From sequence record SRR22947725_1621: a stretch of DNA of 43,315 bases, one strand, 5' to 3'. The position numbers and the translations under genes are program-made. The notes beneath the pieces were generated by a model, which made no database searches, had not been told where the DNA came from, and worked only from the letters and a program-made list of their open reading frames with translations. Of the stretch, positions 9,608-18,276 are shown piece after piece (position 1 is the first letter of the stretch; every line of letters starts with the position of its first letter).

Positions 9608-10417
9608 ATGGCAGCTAAAACAACAGAAAAAGATAATATTCAGGATAGTATTCAAGTTGCATTGGACGCTGCGGATACTGCGGCTGGAGTAACTGAAGAG
9701 TTTCATAACCTCAGAGAGCAATTTGAGGTTGTAAATATCCAAGCCAAAAGAATCTATAATTCAGTAATGATTGTTTTTATAAGTTCAATTGTAGCTGGGC
9801 TTGTGTCTCTGGGCGCGGCCTCATTGATGTACTACAAGGCCCTCGGAACATTGAAAACTAATTCCAATGTTTCGATCGAAGCATTAGCTATCTTTACTGA
9901 GAATGTTGCTAAATTAGATAAATCTATTCAGCTAATTGAATCCAATACTGAAAATCAAGAACAGATTAAGTCCACTCTTGTTGACCTCGAGACAGCTGCG
10001 AAGCAATCCATAGACGACATCACAGGTGCTGAAGTGAAATATTCCAAGGCGGTGAAGCTCACCATTCAGGAAGTTCAGGGACTGATACAGCAATTTGCGA
10101 CGACCACATTGGAGAGTATTGAAGCTCGAACCCAGCAAACCCAAGGCCAGCTGGCGCAACAGATGTCAAACATGGAGAAATTTTTTGTTCAGGCAGATAC
10201 TGCAGAAGAGGGTGACGATAAGGCGGGTGATAGTATTGTAACTTACAAACAGTTTCAGGCTCTTGAAAACAAAGTTGATCAATTAATCATGTTACAAAAA
10301 GACCTTGTAGCCAAAATTTTTGAGATGAACCAAGCCGCGAAAGTTGCAGCTAAGAAAAAAGCAGTTGCTAAAAAAGTGACGCGGAAGCCTGCTCCTAATC
10401 CACTTAAATTCCCATGA
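9608..10417 (+). CDS. Bitopic coiled-coil membrane protein, MotF-like
   Basis: One TM at ~aa 52-76, long coiled-coil, Lys/Pro-rich C-terminus KPAPNPLKFP; position after flhB resembles R. sphaeroides motF (recalled, not aligned). Confidence 0.55.
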   Translation: MAAKTTEKDNIQDSIQVALDAADTAAGVTEEFHNLREQFEVVNIQAKRIYNSVMIVFISSIVAGLVSLGAASLMYYKALGTLKTNSNVSIEALAIFTENVAKLDKSIQLIESNTENQEQIKSTLVDLETAAKQSIDDITGAEVKYSKAVKLTIQEVQGLIQQFATTTLESIEARTQQTQGQLAQQMSNMEKFFVQADTAEEGDDKAGDSIVTYKQFQALENKVDQLIMLQKDLVAKIFEMNQAAKVAAKKKAVAKKVTRKPAPNPLKFP

Positions 10418-11232
10418 GTGAGGAGGTAAATAGCGACGGTGAGCGGATTGATGACACTGAGGAGGTTGTAGTAAATGAGGCAGATCAGCAGGGCTTCCTG
10501 CTCAAGATTGCAACTGGTGGAATAACTGTCCAAGATTATGTCAAACGTTTAGAAGAAAATGATATTCTAATTGCGATTGATGGCAAGCCATACTTGGATG
10601 GTCCGCAGCGATTGAGAAATACTTTTCTTCAAGAGCATGGTGAAGAATCTAAGTGGCTTTTGACGTTCTATCGTGACGGCATAGTGTTCGATATTCTTAT
10701 TGATCACCCTATTAAAAGTGCATTTGGATACGCCACTGAAGAAGAAACAAAATTTGTGCTGGAAGCGTTCAAAAAACATACGTTCGGCGATTTTCAGAGC
10801 TATGAAAACTATGAAATTTACAGGGACCGAAGAGGGAAATGCGATATTTTAAGTTTCTCCCCAGATCCGCTGGCTTGGATGATCCCACCACTATGGTTGC
10901 TGAAGTATAGACTTTTTCCACCACTTGCTGCTGTGTCAGTGGTATATCTGATCACCTTTGTTATAAATATCTACTTGTTTATTGCTACTGCGATAGTTCT
11001 AGCAATTTATATTAACCGTGCTCAAAATAATTTGATGCGTTCATTTACTATGTTTGACGATAAATACCATTATATGACTATTGCTGGCACCAATGAGCAA
11101 GAGGTCAGTTTGTTGGTCAAAAGAATAGACCCGAAAAACAAGATTAGGTATGAAAAGAACGTCATAAAAAAACGTGTCGACGTTAAGAAAACTATTGAAA
11201 AAACGATTGAACACTCGCGTTCTGAAAATTGA
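10414..11232 (+). CDS. Membrane protein with PDZ-like N-domain and DUF2628-like TM region
   Basis: LEENDILIAIDGKP...LTFYRDG is PDZ-like; AWMIPPLWLLKYRL plus TM helices; ATGA overlap. Confidence 0.55.
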   Translation: MSEEVNSDGERIDDTEEVVVNEADQQGFLLKIATGGITVQDYVKRLEENDILIAIDGKPYLDGPQRLRNTFLQEHGEESKWLLTFYRDGIVFDILIDHPIKSAFGYATEEETKFVLEAFKKHTFGDFQSYENYEIYRDRRGKCDILSFSPDPLAWMIPPLWLLKYRLFPPLAAVSVVYLITFVINIYLFIATAIVLAIYINRAQNNLMRSFTMFDDKYHYMTIAGTNEQEVSLLVKRIDPKNKIRYEKNVIKKRVDVKKTIEKTIEHSRSEN

Positions 11233-11445
11233 CGAATTGAAATGTAGTTCTTCAGGTGTTTAATTTAAGTGATAGAGGATACCTGTCTGCTGATTAGTGA
11301 ATTGATTGTTAGCTCATTAATTACGATGTATCTCTTTTATTTTAGATATTAGTTTAGCAGCCCAGTGATTTATAAAACGGTTTCATAATCGACCTTAGCG
11401 TGTTTAGACTGCGCATTAAGCTAGGCGGAGTGAAGGGATAAATAA

Positions 11446-12210
11446 TTGCAAGCTGTTATTTTTGCTGGTGGACTCGGGACTAGAATTAGCGAAGAGTCTC
11501 ACTTGAGGCCTAAGGTCATGACTGAAATTGCGGGAATGCCGATACTGTGGCACGTTATGAAAATATATAGTAATTTTGGAATTAATGATTTTATTATTTG
11601 CTGTGGATACAAAGGATTTGTAATCAAAGAATATTTCAAAAACTATTCTCTGCATATGTCCGACGTTACTATTAGCCTTGTGCAAAATGATATAACGGTT
11701 CACCGGGATACCTCTGAGCCCTGGAACATCACTTTGATAAATACGGGCGAATTTACTATGACTGGTGGCCGGCTTAAGCGGGTGGAAAAATATATTGATG
11801 GTACATTTTTTTTGACATACGGAGATGGATTATCAGACATTAATATCAATAATTTACTAGAGGAACATCAGCGTCAGGCCCGTGAGGTAACGGTTACAGC
11901 TGTGCAGCCCGAAGGTAGGTTTGGCGCGCTAGGATTGAATAATAACAATGTTGTCTCTTTTAATGAAAAACCGGATGGTGATGGACAGTGGGTTAATGGT
12001 GGCTTTTTTGTTTGTGAGCCAACTGTTTTTGAGAGAATCTCTGGTGATGACATTGCATGGGAAAATGAACCTTTACAGTCATTGGTGAGGGACAAACAGC
12101 TTTCCGTTTATCAGCATAATGGGTTTTGGGCTCCTTTGGACACTTTGCGCGATAAAGTACGACTCGAAAAACTGTGGGCTGATCAGGCAGCTCCATGGAA
12201 AGTTTGGTAA
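11446..12210 (+). CDS. rfbF: Glucose-1-phosphate cytidylyltransferase
   Basis: AGGLGTRISEES..RPK, TMTGGRLKR, LTYGDG, GFW..LDTLRDK, APWKVW. Confidence 0.96.
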   Translation: MQAVIFAGGLGTRISEESHLRPKVMTEIAGMPILWHVMKIYSNFGINDFIICCGYKGFVIKEYFKNYSLHMSDVTISLVQNDITVHRDTSEPWNITLINTGEFTMTGGRLKRVEKYIDGTFFLTYGDGLSDININNLLEEHQRQAREVTVTAVQPEGRFGALGLNNNNVVSFNEKPDGDGQWVNGGFFVCEPTVFERISGDDIAWENEPLQSLVRDKQLSVYQHNGFWAPLDTLRDKVRLEKLWADQAAPWKVW

Positions 12211-12211
12211 T

Positions 12212-13249
12212 TTGGGTTTCTGGAAAAATAGACACGTACTTATTACGGGCCATACTGGCTTTAAAGGTTCCTGGATGTGCGAGTTGCTTCTTAGTAAAGG
12301 AGCCATCTTACACGGATTAGCGTTGGCGCCCACTGAAAAATTGAGTCTTTTTGATCAGTTGAAATTAGCCGATCGTTTGGATCATGCTATCGTTGATTTA
12401 TGTGATGAAACGGCAGTCACCGAAAGGGTAAATTCGTGCAAGCCAAGCGTTGTATTTCATCTGGCAGCACAATCGCTTGTAAAAAAATCCTATAAAGATC
12501 CTGTAGCAACCTGGATGGTCAATGTTATGGGATCGATGCATCTGATGTCCGCAGTTAGCCAATTAAAACGCCCAGTATCTGTAGTAATGGTTACTACGGA
12601 TAAAGTTTATGAAAATTTAGAAAGCCACCATTCCTATTGCGAGACTGACCGCCTAGGTGGGTGGGATCCTTATGCTGCTTCTAAAGCCGCAGTAGAGATA
12701 GCGGTGAGTAGTTGGCGACGAAGTTTTTCTGGCATAAATATAGCAACTGTACGGGCAGGGAACGTTATTGGTGGAGGCGACTGGGCCGAAAATAGAATTG
12801 TGCCAGATCTAGCCAGGAGCTTCGCAAAAAAAGAAGTGTTGCTAGTTAGGAATCCAGAATCAACGCGGCCTTTTCAGCATGTCTTGGATCCGTTAGCTGG
12901 ATACCTGCTGTTGGGGGAGAAACTTTCTACTGGAGACCGGTCTTGGCAATGTGCGTTTAATTTCGGCCCTAATTTAGCTGAGGTTTGTTCTGTAAAAAAT
13001 CTTGTTGAAACTGCTATCAAAATTTGGCCAGGAAAGTGGAGCGAGGTTTTGACTTTAGACGTCTATCAAGAGTCCGATCATCTATCACTAGATTCCCGCA
13101 AGGCAAATCAAGAACTTGGTTGGTACCCACATTGGAACATGCACCGTAGTATCGCCGAAACGGTGAGATGGTATAAGGAGTTCAGTGAGGGGGCTGATCC
13201 GTCTGATCTTATACAGTCGCAACTCTACAGCCATACAACAAAATCATAA
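12212..13249 (+). CDS. rfbG: CDP-glucose 4,6-dehydratase (TTG start inferred)
   Basis: FW.NR.VLITGHTGFKGSW, HLAAQ, TTDKVY, DPYAASK, RAGNVIGGGDW. Confidence 0.95.
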   Translation: MGFWKNRHVLITGHTGFKGSWMCELLLSKGAILHGLALAPTEKLSLFDQLKLADRLDHAIVDLCDETAVTERVNSCKPSVVFHLAAQSLVKKSYKDPVATWMVNVMGSMHLMSAVSQLKRPVSVVMVTTDKVYENLESHHSYCETDRLGGWDPYAASKAAVEIAVSSWRRSFSGINIATVRAGNVIGGGDWAENRIVPDLARSFAKKEVLLVRNPESTRPFQHVLDPLAGYLLLGEKLSTGDRSWQCAFNFGPNLAEVCSVKNLVETAIKIWPGKWSEVLTLDVYQESDHLSLDSRKANQELGWYPHWNMHRSIAETVRWYKEFSEGADPSDLIQSQLYSHTTKS

Positions 13250-13443
13250 TATTGGAACGAAAGCTAGTATATCAATTTGCACTAATTCCGATTGTTGTAA
13301 TTTGCTATGCTTCTTTAGCTGTTTGGATTGATGTTGGTGAATAAATTTTTATGAAGCTTCGCTGTTAGGTGGAGACAAATATTTTGTTACATTTGTGCTG
13401 CGTTTCAGTTAAACTTTGATAACAAAAGGTTGGTTGCTTGTTT

Positions 13444-14004
13444 ATGGAAATAATAGAAACCTTAATTGCTGATCTAAAGTTAGTTAGGTCAAGGGAATAT
13501 GAAGACTCGAGAGGGACGTTTAGTCGCTCTTACTGCATGCGGGATTTTGAAATATTAATAGGCAGCCGTACACTCAAACAAATTAACCTATCTTTGACTC
13601 ATAAAATAGGAGCAATTCGTGGATTACATTTACAATTGCCGCCTCATTCCGAATTGAAGTTGGTACGGTGTCTAAAAGGAACAGTTTGGGACGTTGCGGT
13701 GGATCTTCGGCAGGGTTCATCGACTTTCTTGCAGTGGCATGCAGAAGAGCTCTCAGAGAAAAATAAACGAGTATTAGTCATACCAGAAGGTTTTGCACAT
13801 GGATTTCAAGTTATGGCGTCAGGGAGCCAACTTTTGTACATGCATACTAACTTTTACGCTCCAGATTTTGAAACTGGTTTCCGCTATGACGATCCACTAC
13901 TAGATATTTCTTGGCCGCTCACTCCATCTGATATTTCGGAAAGAGATCAATCACATTCCTTACTTGATCAAAATTTTAAAGGAATAAATATTGAATTGCC
14001 GTAA
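13444..14004 (+). CDS. NDP-4-keto-6-deoxyhexose 3,5-epimerase (RmlC/RfbC family)
   Basis: DSRG.F, RGLH.Q, DVAVDLR.GS.TF, IPEGFAHGFQ. Confidence 0.93.
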   Translation: MEIIETLIADLKLVRSREYEDSRGTFSRSYCMRDFEILIGSRTLKQINLSLTHKIGAIRGLHLQLPPHSELKLVRCLKGTVWDVAVDLRQGSSTFLQWHAEELSEKNKRVLVIPEGFAHGFQVMASGSQLLYMHTNFYAPDFETGFRYDDPLLDISWPLTPSDISERDQSHSLLDQNFKGINIELP

Positions 14005-15223
14005 TTGTGATAAAATTTTAACTCAAACTGTTTTAGATTTTGGCTGTGCACCACTATCAAATACCTATTTGAATGAGGGCGAACTATCAAAACCCGAGAT
14101 TTATTTCCCACTTAAGATCAGGTTGTGTGATCACTGCTGGCTTGTACAGACAGAAGATTATGTTCAAAAAGAGGCCCTTTTTAATTCTGGTTATGCTTAT
14201 TTCTCCAGCACTTCAAAAAGTTGGCTTGAACATGCTAAGTTGTATGTAAGAAAAATGATATATTTGTTAGAGCTAGATAGTAATAGTTATGTGCTCGAAA
14301 TTGCTTGTAATGACGGTTATTTACTTAAAAATTTCGTTGAAAATGGAATACCATGTTTGGGAGTGGAGCCAACGCAAAGTACTGCTTTAGCCGCTGAGCA
14401 GTTAGGTATCACAGTTGTGAAAGATTTTTTTGATGAAGCGATGGGCGCGCGGTTAGCTAGCGAAACAAGTAAATTTGATCTTGTGATTGGTAAAAATGTT
14501 TTTGCCCATGTGCCCAATATTAGGGATTTTACACGGGGCCTAAAAATAGTATTGAAGCAAGGTGGAGTAATTACTCTTGAATTCCCCCATTTGCTGAAAA
14601 TTTTTGAAAAAAATCAATTTGATACTATTTACCATGAGCATTTTTCATACTTAACTTTGCATGCTGCTCAAACTATTTTTAATCAAGCAGGATTGAAAAT
14701 ATGGAATGTGGAAGAGGTGGAGACTCACGGAGGCAGTCTACGCATCTATGGTTGCCACCAAGAGGATAGTCGGACTATTGATCTGGCTGTCTCAAGGGTG
14801 CTGTCTAATGAAGCACAGATTGGACTTCAAACGAGTTCTGGTTATGAGATGCTTCAAGAAAAAGCCAATAAGTTAAAAAATAATTTTTTAGAATTTCTTT
14901 TAACTCAAAAAAGAAAAGGCAAATTTGTAGTAGGCTATGGAGCCGCCGCCAAAGGAAATACCTTGCTAAATTATGCTGGGATCAAACATGATTTGATAAG
15001 TTGTGTTTTGGACGGCGCCGAAGCAAAGCAAGGAATGTATCTTCCGGGTAGTCATATACCTGTATTTGATCCGCAACATTACGATTGGTCAAAAGTAGAC
15101 AGCGTGATTATTTTTCCTTGGAATATTCGTGACGAAATAGTTCAATTAATTAGACAAAATTTTTCTTCCAAAGCGCGCTTATATACTTTTATACCTGAGT
15201 TTCAGGAGCTTGGAGTTGACTAG
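13991..15223 (+). CDS. SAM-dependent NDP-hexose C-methyltransferase
   Basis: N-terminal Zn motif CRNC...CDHC, EIACNDG, FDTIYHEH, HGGSLR, YGAAAKG. Confidence 0.92.
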   Translation: MNCRNCDKILTQTVLDFGCAPLSNTYLNEGELSKPEIYFPLKIRLCDHCWLVQTEDYVQKEALFNSGYAYFSSTSKSWLEHAKLYVRKMIYLLELDSNSYVLEIACNDGYLLKNFVENGIPCLGVEPTQSTALAAEQLGITVVKDFFDEAMGARLASETSKFDLVIGKNVFAHVPNIRDFTRGLKIVLKQGGVITLEFPHLLKIFEKNQFDTIYHEHFSYLTLHAAQTIFNQAGLKIWNVEEVETHGGSLRIYGCHQEDSRTIDLAVSRVLSNEAQIGLQTSSGYEMLQEKANKLKNNFLEFLLTQKRKGKFVVGYGAAAKGNTLLNYAGIKHDLISCVLDGAEAKQGMYLPGSHIPVFDPQHYDWSKVDSVIIFPWNIRDEIVQLIRQNFSSKARLYTFIPEFQELGVD

Positions 15224-16010
15224 ATTTGTTTTAATTGGTGGTGCTGGCTATATTGGATCGAAGCTTTCAAAAAATCTCGTGCATCATGGTGAAGTAATAA
15301 TTGTCGATCATCGTCCATACGATGATTTGAATGTAGAGCAATTTAAGTTTGATGAATTACTAAGAAACGATCAGCTTCAGCGCTACTTATTTACATCTGA
15401 AACTACTGTGATTAACCTTAAATGGTATACAAATCCCGATGACTATCTTAACAGTAATAAAAACTTAAATTCATTACAAAACTTTATTATAATATCTCTT
15501 TTAACTTATAAAATGAATATTAAAAAAGATATCGGTATAGGTAGCTGTGCTGAATACTCTGTTGAGGGAACAGACAGGAGCGGGCTTTCAACCCAATTAA
15601 AGTCAGAAACATTATATGGATCGGCAAAAATTATCGCCTATCGGTTGTCAAAGCAAATATATGAAGAACGGTCTGAAAAATTTTGTTGGTTGAGGCTGTT
15701 CCACGTATACGAATATGGTCTAAGGAACAGTAAACTTCATGGGGTTATAGAGCGTAGTGTTGAAAAAAATAACCCTATTGAAATCAAACGACCAGAAGAC
15801 ATCTTAGATTTCATTCATGTTCGTGATGCTATCTCATTAATATCTAGCCATATAAGAGGGGCATCTTTTGGGGCACACAATGTCTGCACCGGTATCGGCC
15901 AAAATGTTTTAACCGTAGCAACAACGTACGCGAAAAGTTTAGGTTTTTCTGGTGAGATAGTATGCTTGGAACAACCGTCCAAGCCAATAATAATTGTTGG
16001 AGATTTATAG
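15210..16010 (+). CDS. NAD-dependent epimerase/dehydratase family protein (probable 4-ketoreductase)
   Basis: GGAGYIGS Rossmann motif, GSCAEY, YGSAK (YxxxK), WLRLF.VY, DFIHV.D. Confidence 0.85.
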   Translation: MELTRFVLIGGAGYIGSKLSKNLVHHGEVIIVDHRPYDDLNVEQFKFDELLRNDQLQRYLFTSETTVINLKWYTNPDDYLNSNKNLNSLQNFIIISLLTYKMNIKKDIGIGSCAEYSVEGTDRSGLSTQLKSETLYGSAKIIAYRLSKQIYEERSEKFCWLRLFHVYEYGLRNSKLHGVIERSVEKNNPIEIKRPEDILDFIHVRDAISLISSHIRGASFGAHNVCTGIGQNVLTVATTYAKSLGFSGEIVCLEQPSKPIIIVGDL

Positions 16011-16635
16011 TTTGTATTCAAATTTTTTATCGCAACAGATTACCAATCTTCTTCCTTATTTTAATATAAATGAAGACATTTTGAAAAAATATGAAGCTAA
16101 CGCGGTAACAAGATCGGATAGTTTAATAAAGCGTCTTAAAACAAGAGATAATACTAAATTTAATATTAAGATTTCATGGCATTTAGCTACATTTATTTAT
16201 TGGCTCTCAAGAGAAATTTGGGAAAATGAAGGAAGTATTGATGAATGTGCAGCATTATTTTGTTTAAATAAACTTCTTAACTCAATTGATCTATTTTATG
16301 AAATTGACATGCCAGAAGCCTTTTTCTTAGGGGGGCACACTTCTGGACAAGTCTTTGCCAAAGCTAATTATAAAAATTTTCTTGTTACATATCAAAATTG
16401 TACTATTGGTCGAAATTTAAATGACGCTCCGACATTGGGTAAGTATAATGTTTTCTACCCAGGTTCTTCAGTAATTGGAAATTGCTCGCTAGGAGATAAT
16501 GTAATTTTAGGACCCGGAGTTCAGGTAGTGGATAGGGACGTAGAAGATAATACTATGCTGAAGCTAAATGACAATCACTGCATAGAGAATTATAAATTAC
16601 ACAAAATTCATGCTTTACGGTTTTTTCAGATTTAG
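15994..16635 (+). CDS. Left-handed beta-helix (serine acetyltransferase-like) acyltransferase
   Basis: LFCLNK.LN.IDLFYEI.MP..F...H..G, YQNCTIG, hexapeptide repeats SSVIGNCSLGDNVILG. Confidence 0.8.
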   Translation: MLEIYSLYSNFLSQQITNLLPYFNINEDILKKYEANAVTRSDSLIKRLKTRDNTKFNIKISWHLATFIYWLSREIWENEGSIDECAALFCLNKLLNSIDLFYEIDMPEAFFLGGHTSGQVFAKANYKNFLVTYQNCTIGRNLNDAPTLGKYNVFYPGSSVIGNCSLGDNVILGPGVQVVDRDVEDNTMLKLNDNHCIENYKLHKIHALRFFQI

Positions 16636-16745
16636 TAAATAGATGCCTTACTTTTGGGTTAAAACTAATATAGCCGAACGTACTGTTATGATGATTATAT
16701 TTTTAACTAAATGTTTGGCAGACCACTTGGTTCAGGAAAACACTC

Positions 16746-17000
16746 TGAGCAGCCCCACTTGACTGGTACAATATGGAAGTCATTAGTGTATGACTGGCCT
16801 TTAGTACATCGGTATGATCACCTCTGTTGCCGGTGGTGGACGACTAGGCGTTTTTCGTTCGCACGGCCTTGCGGCAACCGCCGTTATGTGTGGATACTTG
16901 ACTAAAACGTGGCAACCTGGTCGCTCATGTACCTTCACCTGGCTGTTTATATGATTAATGCAGGCGTGTCGACGTTATGGGCTAAGAAGTTTTCCGATGC
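16746..17000 (+). pseudogene. Possible highly degraded IS3-family OrfB fragment
   Basis: GC-richer patch translating as RRFSFARP...VWILD*NVATWSLMYLHLAVYM, reminiscent of the W..D.TYVATW.GF.Y.AFV first-Asp region. Confidence 0.35.
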
Positions 17001-17007
17001 GGCCTCC

Positions 17008-18261
17008 TGAAGTGGTCCTGCTTTTTCGGACAGGTTTGCGGCTTAGCTTGCATCTGGTGTGTGTTCATGCCGCTCTTCGTATCTCTGCGTGGCCGAAGTA
17101 TGCGATGTCTGGTGTTCGCTTATCAAGGGCCGTGTGAGGTCGCTCCGAGTTGTAGAACTCAATTCAGTTATCAATGATCCGTTTTGCTTGGAATCCGTCA
17201 GTAATTTCATTCAGGTAGACGGCCTCCTGTTTCAGCGACCGCCACAACCGCTCAATTAAGATATTGTCGAGGCATCGCCCCCGACCGTCCATTGATATTT
17301 TTATGTCAGCTTTGGTCAAAGTCGTGATCCATCCAGCGACTGTATATTGGCAGCCTTGGTCCATATTCATTATTGCTGGCTTGCCATATCGGGCGGTTGC
17401 ATCCTCCAACGGCTCAACGCAAAAGCTGGCATCCAACGTATTGGAAAGCCGTCAGGTCAAAACCTTACGGGTCGCCCAATCCATGATTGCCACCAGATAC
17501 AGAAAGCCTTTCTTGACAGGGATATAGGTGATGTCGCTGCACCAAACCTAATTGGGTCGCATGATTGCGAGCTTCCTCAGCAGGTATGGATAAATACGGT
17601 GCTGTGGGGGCTTCTTGCTGGTGTTCGGCCCTTTGTAGATGGCCTACAATCCCATGATGTTCATCAGGCAACGAACGCGGTGTCGTCCGGCTGAGAAGCC
17701 AGACTAAGGAAGTTAAGCAGCAATCTGGCGGCTGCCAAAGAACGGGTATTTTGTGAACACCTTATCAATCTCATGCATCAGCTTAAGTGTCTCAGCATTC
17801 ACCCCGACTGGTGCGTAATAGATCGACGAACGGCTGATCTTGAGCCGTTTACACTGACGCGTCAGGCTTAGCTTTGTGTTCTCTTTACGGATCATCTCGC
17901 GGTGTTCAGACGGGCTCATCGCTTTAGCCCTTGTGACAAAAAATCATTCTCCACCGCAAGCTGGCCAATCTTGGCGTGAAGCTCGTTGATCTCGCCGTCT
18001 TTATTCTCGGCCTTTTTGACCTTGTCAGAAAAAACCCCCGCCATACCTTCAATAGCCTGCCGTTTCCACGTGCTCACCTGCGTTGGGTGGAGTTGTCGCT
18101 TGGCTGCGATCTCTTGCACCCGTCTTGTCACCACGCAGCGCCTCAAGCGCCACTGCAGCCTTAAACTGGTCTTAAAAGTTCCGTCGTTTTGTCATTCTCG
18201 TATCCATTCGTTCGGATTGGATATATCTCAACACGCTGTCCGAATTTACCGGACCACTTCA
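17008..18261 (-). mobile_element. Inactive IS3-family insertion sequence (1254 bp)
   Basis: TG...CA ends with IRs TGAAGTGGTCCTGCTTTTTCGGACAG / TGAAGTGGTCCGGTAAATTCGGACAG; OrfA from ATG 18195 has a stop and a frameshift; OrfB broken into several frames; flanks CTCC/CTCT. Confidence 0.92.
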
Positions 18262-18276
18262 CTCTACCTTACACGT

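Noticed and set aside
11420-11436. ops/JUMPstart element before rfbF
   Set aside because: GGCGGAGTG does not match GGCGGTAG and no JUMPstart hairpin is evident
12119-12211. Longer N-terminus for rfbG, and similar extensions for fliJ, fliK, rpoN and flhG in the ORF track
   Set aside because: They overlap upstream genes or promoters; downstream starts fit RBS positions and family N-termini better
11446-16635. Standard O-antigen 3,6-dideoxyhexose locus
   Set aside because: No RfbH/DdhC or DdhD, wzx/wzy or wzm/wzt in the window; an LPS role through distant genes cannot be excluded
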